This document shows positions 26,730 through 35,124 of a stretch of DNA of 64,000 nt, in pieces. Position 1 is the first letter of the stretch; every line of letters begins with the position of its first letter. The position numbers were made by a program, and so were the translations under genes. The notes beneath the pieces are model-generated. The model saw nothing but the letters and a program-made list of their open reading frames with translations. It ran no database searches and was not told where the DNA came from. The DNA comes from Bacteroidales bacterium (GTDB lineage: Bacteria; Bacteroidota; Bacteroidia; Bacteroidales; TTA-H9): positions 72,271 to 136,270 of the forward strand of contig JBMFOU010000002.1 in the NCBI GenBank assembly GCA_049969475.1. Direction: 5' to 3'.

Positions 26730-27127
26730 AAGTTAAGCATATTCTCTTAATAGTTATCCTGGCTATCGCATTGGGAGTTGTGGTTAGCACTTTCACCGAT
26801 GCCAATCCCTACGCTGATTTCACCATGGCCGCACAAAATCCCGAACGGGAATTTCATGTAATTGGGACCCTAGATACCACCCGTCCCATTATTTACAATC
26901 CACTGGAGCCCAATTATTTTTCTTTTTACGTAAAAGACGATAAAGGGCAGGTGCAACGCGTGGAATACCATAATGCCAAACCCCAGGACTTTGAGAAATC
27001 TGAAAAAATAGTTCTGGTTGGTAGAATGAAAAATGAAAATTTTGAGGCCCAGTCGATTTTGCTGAAATGCCCTTCAAAATACAATGACGACGACAAACCT
27101 CAGGCCTTCGCAGAAAGAAAATTTTGA
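26726..27127 (+). CDS. ccmE: cytochrome c maturation heme chaperone CcmE, CxxxY variant
   Basis: 133 aa with an N-terminal TM anchor and an OB-fold-sized domain ('FHVIGTLD...VYF.V.D..G..V.V.Y.G..P..F......VLVGRM.....F.A..ILLKC'). Where canonical CcmE has HxxxY, this protein has C115-P-S-K-Y119 (TGC at 27068-27070). Confidence 0.75.
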   Translation: MKVKHILLIVILAIALGVVVSTFTDANPYADFTMAAQNPEREFHVIGTLDTTRPIIYNPLEPNYFSFYVKDDKGQVQRVEYHNAKPQDFEKSEKIVLVGRMKNENFEAQSILLKCPSKYNDDDKPQAFAERKF

Positions 27128-27130
27128 ATA

Positions 27131-27622
27131 ATGCCGCTTAAAAAAGTTGATGCAGGATTAATTGCTGATTTATCGGAAAAAGCAGCCCAGGCTCCCCGAC
27201 GCCGTCACAATCTTAATTTTCATACTCAAAACAGGGACGTGTTTCAGCGCATGCTCAATGCCCTGGAACCCGGGAGCTACGTGCAGCCTCATAAGCACGA
27301 AAACCCTGATAAAGACGAAGTATTCGTAATCCTCAAAGGCAGACTGACAGTTATAAGTTTTGGCAATAACGGGGAAATTGAAGATTTCATAATTTTGGAT
27401 GCAAAGGGAGGGCAATTGGCAGTGGAAGTACCAGCACGCACCTGGCATATGATAGCAGCGTTAGAGCCTGCTACCGTGGTTTTTGAATTCAAGCACGGCC
27501 CTTATGATCCAACTACCGATAAAATCTTTGCTTCCTGGGCCCCACCCGAAAATCATCCGGATGCTGAGGATTACCTTACAAAGATTCTTAAGAAAATTCT
27601 GGAAAGTTCATCCACCGATTGA
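27131..27622 (+). CDS. WbuC-family cupin-fold metalloprotein
   Basis: 163 aa. 'PRRRHNLNFH....DVFQRMLNALEPGSYVQPHKHENPDKDEVFVILKG' matches the WbuC cupin family pattern as I remember it. Confidence 0.6.
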   Translation: MPLKKVDAGLIADLSEKAAQAPRRRHNLNFHTQNRDVFQRMLNALEPGSYVQPHKHENPDKDEVFVILKGRLTVISFGNNGEIEDFIILDAKGGQLAVEVPARTWHMIAALEPATVVFEFKHGPYDPTTDKIFASWAPPENHPDAEDYLTKILKKILESSSTD

Positions 27623-27721
27623 AGAACTTTGCGCTCCCATAATCTTTAAACCTTTGTTTAATAGGATATTCCAACTTTGGCACATGATTTTGCATAGTAA
27701 CTCAATTATAAATAACAACCT

Positions 27722-28147
27722 ATGAGTATTATAAAAGAGTTCAAGGCCTTTGCTATGCGAGGCAATGTTGTAGACATGGCAGTAGGTATCATTATCGGTG
27801 GAGCCTTTGGAAAAATCGTTTCATCGCTGGTTAACGATGTTATCATGCCCCCCATAGGTCTGCTGGTGGGTGGAGTAAATTTTACCGACATTAAAATTAC
27901 GATTAAAGAAGCAGTAACAGCCGCTGATGGCTCAATAGTTCCGGCAGTAACCCTGAATCTGGGGAGTTTTATTCAGACCTTGGTTGATTTCACTATAATT
28001 GCCTTTGCCATCTTTTTGATGATTAAAGGGATGAATGCATTGAACCGCAAAAAGAACGAAGAACCAGCAGCCCCTGCTCCACCGCCGCAGCCTTCAAATG
28101 AGGAAAAACTCCTGGCCGAAATCCGCGATCTATTGAAGAAGGGGTAA
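27722..28147 (+). CDS. mscL: large-conductance mechanosensitive channel
   Basis: 141 aa. '[43 protein letters not shown]' is the canonical MscL N-terminus and TM1. Confidence 0.93.
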   Translation: MSIIKEFKAFAMRGNVVDMAVGIIIGGAFGKIVSSLVNDVIMPPIGLLVGGVNFTDIKITIKEAVTAADGSIVPAVTLNLGSFIQTLVDFTIIAFAIFLMIKGMNALNRKKNEEPAAPAPPPQPSNEEKLLAEIRDLLKKG

Positions 28148-28549
28148 ATTCAATTGAAAGGTTCAAAGAACTTTTAAAAATTGTGTCGGACACCGACATT
28201 CCTAACAGGTCCCAGTGGGACATAGTAGAACTATGCTTATCGCAAAACGCTATGATATTCCTTCCTCCCAGGCTATATTACCTGGCAGATTTTGAAGTTA
28301 TATTCCTTCTCCAACTAACCTAAAGCTTCATAAATCCCTTTAAATCAGCTTTATCTTCCTAAGGAAAGTGAAAGCCTTAGCATTTTCTTAATACAAGCAT
28401 TCAATAATATTATACCTACTTTCTCTCAACATTTTAAGCGGCAAACATAACTCTGCTTTGATTTTATTTAGTTATGCCTGTATCTATTTCCCCGCTTTTC
28501 TTCCAGATTTAGGATCTCGGAGGCTTTTTTCACTTACCTCAAAATTTCA

Positions 28550-28557
28550 TACGTTTG
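28550..28557 (+). promoter_or_regulatory. -7 promoter box (TACGTTTG) for the PiT transporter gene
   Basis: tacgtttg lies 21 nt upstream of ATG 28579. It overlaps the ORF-track TTG start (28555), which is therefore unlikely to be used. Confidence 0.45.
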
Positions 28558-28578
28558 TACACCCAAATACTCTCCACC

Positions 28579-29613
28579 ATGCTTCTTCCGATACTGGTTC
28601 CCATGCTCATCGGAATGTTTCTGGCCCTTAATATGGGCGGTAGTGGTACGGCTCCTTCGTTCTCGGCCGCTTTTGGTGCTAGTGTGATTAAAAAGTTCGC
28701 CATTCCAGGTCTCTTCGGAATTTTTGTTTTTGCAGGAGCCATTATTGCAGGTGAGAAGGTAGTGCTTACCATTGGCAAAGGCCTTATGCCTGCACAGTAC
28801 CTCACCATGGTGGTTTCCTCCATCATCCTTCTGGCAATCTCAATGTCTTTACTCATCGCCAATTTATTAGGCGTACCTCAATCTACCAGCCAGTCCACCG
28901 TATTTGCGGTAGCCGGTGCAGCAGCCTATCTGGACCATGTGAATTATCACAAGATCTTTGTTGAGATTATACCCATGTGGCTCGTTTTGCCTGTCCTGGG
29001 TTTCGTACTCACTTACTTGGCAGCCCGAATATTCCGTAAATATCTCGAAGATCCGAAATATAGCGACTATCATAGCTTGGGACGTTTTTCGCTTCCCCGG
29101 CTATTACTCATAGGTTCAGGATGTTATGTGGCTTTTTCCATTGGAAGTAATAATGTAGCTAATGCTACCGGCCCCCTGGTATCCATGCTCATCAACGAGC
29201 TGAAAATTTCTCCCGACGACAATCAAAAATTCCGGCTAATCATGATCCTAACCACACTGGTCATTGCTCCTTTGTTTGGTATAGGCAGTAGTGTATTCGG
29301 ATACAAAGTATTGAAGTCGGCCGGAAAAGACATTACCCCTCTGGGGCCCATGCATGCTTCGTTGGTCTCCATAATAACAGCGACCCTCCTCCTGCTTGCT
29401 TCGGTTACCCGGGGCATACCCACTTCATTGGTTCAGCTCAATAGCCTGGCCATCATGGCCATTTCCGTCAAACAAATCGGATTCAAAAAAACACTGAAAA
29501 ACAACACTGTAAAACGTTTCTGGCTGGTCTGGCTAACGGCTCCCTTGTTTGCCCTGGCCATTACTTTAATGCTCATCTACCTTGCCGACAAAGCAGGAAT
29601 CTTATTTTACTAA
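28579..29613 (+). CDS. inorganic phosphate (or sulfate) transporter, PiT/PHO4 family
   Basis: ORF 28555-29613, trimmed to ATG 28579 (MLLPILVPMLIG...). It is a polytopic membrane protein with the duplicated family motifs 'NMGGSGTAPSFSAAFG' and 'IGSNNVANATGPLV' (GANDVAN-like). Confidence 0.65.
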   Translation: MLLPILVPMLIGMFLALNMGGSGTAPSFSAAFGASVIKKFAIPGLFGIFVFAGAIIAGEKVVLTIGKGLMPAQYLTMVVSSIILLAISMSLLIANLLGVPQSTSQSTVFAVAGAAAYLDHVNYHKIFVEIIPMWLVLPVLGFVLTYLAARIFRKYLEDPKYSDYHSLGRFSLPRLLLIGSGCYVAFSIGSNNVANATGPLVSMLINELKISPDDNQKFRLIMILTTLVIAPLFGIGSSVFGYKVLKSAGKDITPLGPMHASLVSIITATLLLLASVTRGIPTSLVQLNSLAIMAISVKQIGFKKTLKNNTVKRFWLVWLTAPLFALAITLMLIYLADKAGILFY

Positions 29614-29645
29614 GCGACCTGTGGTCGTTTTGATTTAATCTTAGG

Positions 29646-30344
29646 ATGAAAAATTACCGGCATCTCTTTTTCGATCTCGACAACACCCTATGGGATTTTA
29701 ATAATAATTCTGCGGAAACCCTTCGGGAGCTTTTCCGGGAATACATAATGCATCACCTACCTATTACAGCAGAGACATTTATAGAGGTATACGAAAAAAT
29801 CAATCACGAACTGTGGGAACAGTACCGGAAAGGCCAAATCACCAAAGAAGATGTAGCGCTGAAGCGTTTCGCATTAACGCTGAATCACTGGGGCCTGGCA
29901 GATGAATCTCTAGCCAGGGTACTTTCTGAGGCATACATCCGGCGCAGTCCGCTAAAAACCCGCCTCATTGATGGGGCTGAAGAAGTTTTGGAAATACTGC
30001 GTAATCGTTACCGGCTTCATATTATTACCAATGGGTTTATAGATGTGCAATTCCCCAAAATAGAACTATCGGGGCTGGTTAAATATTTCAGCACCATCAC
30101 CCCATCGGAGGAGTGCGGATGCTTGAAGCCTTGCCGGAGGATTTTTGAACTTGCGCTACAAAAAGCCGGAGCCCATCCCCAGGAAAGTCTTATGGTGGGA
30201 GACGATCCTGAAGGTGATATAAGGGGCGCCTATGAAGCGGGCATGGATACCGTTTTCTACAATATCAATGGAGTTTCAGTACCTCCCCAGGCACTATATC
30301 ATATCCGTCATCTCAAAGAATTAATTTCCCTTCTGGAGCAATGA
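29646..30344 (+). CDS. HAD-superfamily hydrolase (YjjG-like nucleotidase subfamily IA)
   Basis: 232 aa. Motif I is 'LFFDLDNTLWDF', motif II 'IITNG', motif IV 'VGDDPEGDIRGA'. Confidence 0.75.
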   Translation: MKNYRHLFFDLDNTLWDFNNNSAETLRELFREYIMHHLPITAETFIEVYEKINHELWEQYRKGQITKEDVALKRFALTLNHWGLADESLARVLSEAYIRRSPLKTRLIDGAEEVLEILRNRYRLHIITNGFIDVQFPKIELSGLVKYFSTITPSEECGCLKPCRRIFELALQKAGAHPQESLMVGDDPEGDIRGAYEAGMDTVFYNINGVSVPPQALYHIRHLKELISLLEQ

Positions 30345-31060
30345 ACCTGTTTTACTGTGAAAATATACCCGAAAATGCTGTTCCACCGTTGGCAATAATG
30401 CTCGATGAGGAAGAAAGCCGACATGCACAGAAAGTGCTGAGACTTCAGCCGGGAGACGAAATGCAGGTAACGTCAGGCAGGGGGTACCATTATCGAGGGC
30501 ATATCATGGGTATCAAGGGTAAAAACCTGGAGGTCTGGCTGACGGAAGCAGAAGCCTTGTTCGATTTCGACCGGCCACGCCTGCATCTGGCCATCTCTCC
30601 CCTCAAAAACCCCGACCGCCTGGAGTGGTTGGTTGAAAAAGCCACAGAGATGGGAGTTTATAAAATCACTTTCATACAAACTCAGAGGACAGAAAAACCC
30701 CGCGTGAATCTGGAAAGGCTGAAAAGGCTTTCAGTAGCTGCACTGAAACAATCACTCGGAGCCTGGCTACCTATATTGGAAGGGCCCTTAAGATTCAACG
30801 AATTGTTCAGTAGGGCGGAGGAAGGAGAAAAATTCATAGCCTGGTGCGAAGGCGAAAATTCCCTGTTGTGGGAACAGCTTAGCGGTCAAAAGAATGCTAT
30901 AATACTGATTGGCCCGGAGGGCGATTTCACCCCTGAAGAAGCCATGGAAGCCCAGAGGCGTGGTTTTCAACCCATAAGCCTCGGTCAGCATCGCTTGCGC
31001 ACCGAAACAGCCGGCCTGGTAAGTATCTTTGCATTTCAAATCCAAAGCCGGAATCTATGA
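30341..31060 (+). CDS. rsmE: 16S rRNA (uracil1498-N3)-methyltransferase RsmE
   Basis: 239 aa. It has 'HA.KVLRL..GD' in the PUA-like N-terminus and the SPOUT-knot C-terminus 'ILIGPEGDFTPEE......GF..ISLG...LRTETA'. Its start overlaps the HAD gene stop (ATGA). Confidence 0.85.
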   Translation: MNLFYCENIPENAVPPLAIMLDEEESRHAQKVLRLQPGDEMQVTSGRGYHYRGHIMGIKGKNLEVWLTEAEALFDFDRPRLHLAISPLKNPDRLEWLVEKATEMGVYKITFIQTQRTEKPRVNLERLKRLSVAALKQSLGAWLPILEGPLRFNELFSRAEEGEKFIAWCEGENSLLWEQLSGQKNAIILIGPEGDFTPEEAMEAQRRGFQPISLGQHRLRTETAGLVSIFAFQIQSRNL

Positions 31061-31722
31061 GAAATATTGCCCTGGCTCTCCTTGCCCTATTGCTAATTTT
31101 TTATTTACCTGGCCAGTCTCAGGAGAAATTACGCATTGGATTACTGAAATACAGCGGTGGAGGCGATTGGTATGCCAATCCCACCTCATTACCCAACCTT
31201 ATTGCCTTTTGCAACAACCAGCTGGGCACCTGCATCGACCCAACACCGGCTACGGTAGAACCTGGGGATCCTTCGATTTTCAATCTTCCTTTCATCCACA
31301 TGACTGGCCATGGCAACGTAATCTTTAGTGAAAGCGAAGTACAAAACCTTCGCAGGTACTTCGAAGCCGGTGGATTTTTGCATATCGACGACAACTATGG
31401 TATGGACCCTTACATTCGTCGCGAATTGGCCAAATTATTTCCCGGCCAGGAATTCAAGGAATTAACACCTTCGCATCCAATTTTTAATCAAAAATTTAAA
31501 TTTCCCAACGGCCTGCCCAAAATTCATGAACACGACGGAAAACCACCCCAGGCTTTTGCATTTTATCTCAACGGACGCATGGTATGTTTATATACCTATG
31601 AATGCGACCTGGGCGATGGCTGGGAAGACCCTCGCGTACACGGCGATAGCGAGGAAACACGACTAAAGGCTTTGAAGATGGGTGCCAACCTTATTCAATT
31701 CGTTTTTAATGGAGCACGCTGA
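31057..31722 (+). CDS. DUF4159-domain secreted protein
   Basis: 221 aa with a signal peptide. 'LKYSGGGDWYANPTSLPNL', 'PFIHMTGHGN..FSE.E...LR.Y...GGFL..DDNYG' and 'LGDGWED' fit DUF4159 as I recall it. Its start overlaps the rsmE stop (ATGA). Confidence 0.6.
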   Translation: MRNIALALLALLLIFYLPGQSQEKLRIGLLKYSGGGDWYANPTSLPNLIAFCNNQLGTCIDPTPATVEPGDPSIFNLPFIHMTGHGNVIFSESEVQNLRRYFEAGGFLHIDDNYGMDPYIRRELAKLFPGQEFKELTPSHPIFNQKFKFPNGLPKIHEHDGKPPQAFAFYLNGRMVCLYTYECDLGDGWEDPRVHGDSEETRLKALKMGANLIQFVFNGAR

Positions 31723-31755
31723 AAACTATTCTCCCGACTGAACCAACCGAATGCG

Positions 31756-31763
31756 TAAATTTG
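31756..31763 (+). promoter_or_regulatory. -7 promoter box (TAAATTTG)
   Basis: taaatttg lies 36 nt upstream of ATG 31800. Confidence 0.45.
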
Positions 31764-31799
31764 CAAGCATTCTGATTTTTTCATAAGCCCGTCATAATC

Positions 31800-33845
31800 A
31801 TGCATTTTCTTCATCCATGGTACCTGCTGGGGCTCTTCGCCCTTGCCATACCGATAATCATACACTTCTTCCATTTTCACCGCTACAAAAAAATCTACTT
31901 CACCAATGTCAGGTTTCTGGAAGTGCTGCAAACCGAGACGCGACGCACCTCGCGGCTACGAAGCCTGATACTGCTGGCGCTTCGTTTGTTGCTAATTACC
32001 GCATTGGTTTTGGCATTTGCCCAGCCATACTTGGGCAATCCAACCTTACTCAATGCCGGCTCAGGGCGCCCTGTCAGCATTTACTTGGATAATTCTCTAA
32101 GTATGTTCGATGCACAGCTACCGGAGAGCCGACTGGCCCGGGCCAAAAGCAAAGCACTGGAAATTTTAAGTCTTTTCACCAGCGGAGACCTCTTTCACGT
32201 GATAACCAATGAAAAAATGGGATTTCAGCAACGCCCTGTTACCCAAACCCAGGCACAGCTTTGGATGAATGAGACCCTACCCTCTGCCCGGGAAGTCTCC
32301 ATTTCAGAAATACTGAATCTACAGGCTGCTACCCTTCAAAATTCCGGGAAAAAGGGAGGCATCGCCTTTTTCGTTTCCGATTTTTCGAAGTCATTTTTTA
32401 ACCCAGGCCCGCCGCCCGACACCAATCTATACTGGGTGTTCGTCCCGGTGGAATCAACGGCCCCGGGAAATGTGAGCATAGACAGTGCCTGGTTCGAAGA
32501 ACCTCTCATTTATCCCGGGCTTACGGCCAATCTCAGGGTCAAAGTCACCAACCATTCAGCTCGTAACCCTGCAGATGTGGGGCTGAAACTTTCACTCAAC
32601 AATCTCCAGCGTGGATTTCAAAAACTCACCGTAAATCCCTCTGCTTCCACCACAGTATCCCTGCCCTTTCTTCAGTCAGATACAGGCTACATTGAAGGGC
32701 AACTCGAAATCAACGATGGCTGGTTCCCTTTCGATAATTGCTTGTATTTCTCATTTCGCGGACAACCTCCCATACATGTATTGATGATCGGAGGCTCTGA
32801 ATTCAACCCCTACCTGCAACGACTCTACGCTACTGACAGCTCCATTTTTGTTACCCGCCAGATGCTCCGACAGGTTGACTTTTCACTCATTGGCCAATCT
32901 TCTCTCACGCTGTTGTACGAACTTACAGAGTACCCCTCAGGTCTGGTTATGGCCTTAAAAAAAACCCTCGAGGAGGGTCACAGCGTCGCCATTATTCCTC
33001 CTCCAACCCAGGGACATGAAGCCTTACAGGCTTTTCTTGCCCAATTGGGTATAGAAGCACAAATTCAATTGAAGGATGAATCCGTTGGGGTAGGAGAAGT
33101 AAACACCCAGAGCATTTTGTTTAAAAACGTCATTGAAGAACTCCCCGAGTATCCGGAGCTACCCACGGTTAAAAGCTATTTACAGGTGAAATCAGGGATC
33201 CAGACCCCCCCCGAGATTCAACTCAAGCTGAAAAACGATGATCCCTTCCTGCTGGCCTGGCAAATCGGTAAAGGACATTTATTCCTTCAGACTTGCTCCC
33301 TGCGCGAAGAGCTGACCAATTTCATGCATAACAATCTCTTTGTGCCTGCTTATCTCAATATGGCTTTCGCCGGCCAATTCCAGAACCCTTTATATGCGGT
33401 AGCGGGTAAGCCTAGTCTGTTTTTGTTTGAAAACCAGGAGAATAGTAGCACTGACAAAGCACCAGAATTGGTTAACACCGACCGCGATATACGATTTATT
33501 CCCCCTTTCAGAAGATCAAACGGACAATTGCAGATTCTCATGGGAAATCAAGTTCCGTTTGATGGATTTTATCAGGTGTTAGCCCAGAAGCAATCCCTTG
33601 GAAAAATAGCCGTGAATTATTCGCGCAATGAGTCCAATCCTGAAGTATATAGCCCTGAAGAAGTCCGCGCAATGCTCGAAAACCTGGGCTGGAAAAACTT
33701 TCTTGTACTCGATGCAACTGACGAAGTGCCCATAAAAGCTGCCCTTGAGGCAGGCGGGGGCCGTCGCCTTCCCCGACACTGGCTCGCCTGGGCTGCATTG
33801 TTATTCCTGACAAGTGAAGTAATTTTGCTGAGATTTTGGAAATAA
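31800..33845 (+). CDS. BatA-N (aerotolerance-regulator N-terminal double-TM) domain protein, large periplasmic body, C-terminal TM anchor
   Basis: 681 aa. The N-terminal 'MHFLHPWYLLGLFALAIPIIIHFF' followed by a second TM helix is the TIGR02226/BatA_N signature. The C-terminal 'WLAWAALLFLTSEVILLRFWK' is a TM helix. Confidence 0.6.
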   Translation: MHFLHPWYLLGLFALAIPIIIHFFHFHRYKKIYFTNVRFLEVLQTETRRTSRLRSLILLALRLLLITALVLAFAQPYLGNPTLLNAGSGRPVSIYLDNSLSMFDAQLPESRLARAKSKALEILSLFTSGDLFHVITNEKMGFQQRPVTQTQAQLWMNETLPSAREVSISEILNLQAATLQNSGKKGGIAFFVSDFSKSFFNPGPPPDTNLYWVFVPVESTAPGNVSIDSAWFEEPLIYPGLTANLRVKVTNHSARNPADVGLKLSLNNLQRGFQKLTVNPSASTTVSLPFLQSDTGYIEGQLEINDGWFPFDNCLYFSFRGQPPIHVLMIGGSEFNPYLQRLYATDSSIFVTRQMLRQVDFSLIGQSSLTLLYELTEYPSGLVMALKKTLEEGHSVAIIPPPTQGHEALQAFLAQLGIEAQIQLKDESVGVGEVNTQSILFKNVIEELPEYPELPTVKSYLQVKSGIQTPPEIQLKLKNDDPFLLAWQIGKGHLFLQTCSLREELTNFMHNNLFVPAYLNMAFAGQFQNPLYAVAGKPSLFLFENQENSSTDKAPELVNTDRDIRFIPPFRRSNGQLQILMGNQVPFDGFYQVLAQKQSLGKIAVNYSRNESNPEVYSPEEVRAMLENLGWKNFLVLDATDEVPIKAALEAGGGRRLPRHWLAWAALLFLTSEVILLRFWK

Positions 33846-33863
33846 TAAACTATCCTTATTCAT

Positions 33864-35069
33864 ATGTTATATCCTCGCATTAAACTTTCGGAAGATATTT
33901 ACTGGATTGGCACCAACGATCGTCGCACCAGCCTATTCGAAAACTACTGGCCCCTTCCCAATGGCGTGGCTTACAATTCTTATCTGGTGCTCGACGAAAA
34001 AGTTACCCTGCTCGACACTGTATCGATGGGGACCATGGACTCGTATCTCGAAAAATTAAAAGAAATTCTCGATGGCCGTAAGATTGATTATCTGGTTATC
34101 AATCACATGGAACCCGATCATTCAGGAGCCGTAAAAGCCGTAGTCAATGAATTTCCTGAGGTAAAAATCATTGGAAACACGAAAACTTTTCCCATGCTGG
34201 AAGGTTTTTACGGCATACACGAAAACCTGATGCCCGTGGAAGACGGATCCTCCCTTAATACCGGTCGCCACACCTTTCATTTTTTCCTGACCCCCATGGT
34301 GCACTGGCCCGAAACCATGGTGACCTGGGACGAAACCGATAAGATACTCTTCTCGGCAGATGCCTTCGGCAGCTTTGGAACACTCGACGGGGGTATTTTC
34401 GACGATGAAACCAATATTGATTTTTATCAGGAAGAGCTGCGGCGTTATTACAGCAATATTGTTGGCAAATATGGCCTTCAGGTACAAAAAGCCCTCGATA
34501 AGATTCAGGGGCTGGATATTCGAATGATTGCCTCTACCCACGGCCCCATCTGGCGTAGCCACATTCCCATGATTCTCGATTGGTACCGCAAATGGAGTTC
34601 TTACCAAACCGAAGAAGGCGTGGTGATTGTGTTTGGCTCAATGTATGGAAACACTGAGAAAATGGCCGAAACCATCGCCCGGGCCATTGCAGAGGAAGGT
34701 ATTCGCAACATAAGGATATATGATGTGAGCAAAACCCATAGTAGTTATATTATCAACGATATTTGGAAATACAGAGGAGTAATTCTTGGCAGCAGCGCAT
34801 ACAACGGAGGCATATTCACTCCCATGCGTGACCTGATTCTGGAATTGGAGCATATCATGCCTAAAAACCATTACCTGGCCATTTTTGGCTCGATGAGCTG
34901 GGGAGGCGGAGGAGTACGCACCTTGCAGAAATTTGCCGAAAATATCAAATGGGAACTGGTGGGCGAACCCATTGAAGTGAAACACGGACCCAGGCCTACC
35001 GATATTGAAAAGCTCATGGAACTGGGAAGGGCCATGGCCCGCAGGCTAAAAGCCGATCGTAAACAATAA
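33864..35069 (+). CDS. FprA-type flavodiiron protein (metallo-beta-lactamase-like diiron domain plus flavodoxin domain)
   Basis: 401 aa. The diiron ligand motif is 'INHMEPDHSG' (HxExDH). The C-terminal flavodoxin-like region is 'VVIVFGSMYGNTEKMA'. Confidence 0.88.
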   Translation: MLYPRIKLSEDIYWIGTNDRRTSLFENYWPLPNGVAYNSYLVLDEKVTLLDTVSMGTMDSYLEKLKEILDGRKIDYLVINHMEPDHSGAVKAVVNEFPEVKIIGNTKTFPMLEGFYGIHENLMPVEDGSSLNTGRHTFHFFLTPMVHWPETMVTWDETDKILFSADAFGSFGTLDGGIFDDETNIDFYQEELRRYYSNIVGKYGLQVQKALDKIQGLDIRMIASTHGPIWRSHIPMILDWYRKWSSYQTEEGVVIVFGSMYGNTEKMAETIARAIAEEGIRNIRIYDVSKTHSSYIINDIWKYRGVILGSSAYNGGIFTPMRDLILELEHIMPKNHYLAIFGSMSWGGGGVRTLQKFAENIKWELVGEPIEVKHGPRPTDIEKLMELGRAMARRLKADRKQ

Positions 35070-35124
35070 TAATTCGCCTCGAGATTATCCAAGAAATTAA
35101 TTTTTAGGGATGGGGCTGAAGTAA

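Noticed and set aside
28555-28578. TTG start proposed by the ORF track for the PiT transporter. Similar 5' extensions occur at 1482-1520, 16869-16910, 20975-20998, 46375-46422 and 50010-50195.
   Set aside because: In most of these cases a TAnnTTTG (or near-consensus) -7 box lies inside or overlapping the extension, and a downstream ATG or GTG yields a proper signal peptide or N-terminus. At 50010-50195 the reason is instead that the extension would overlap most of the bactofilin gene.
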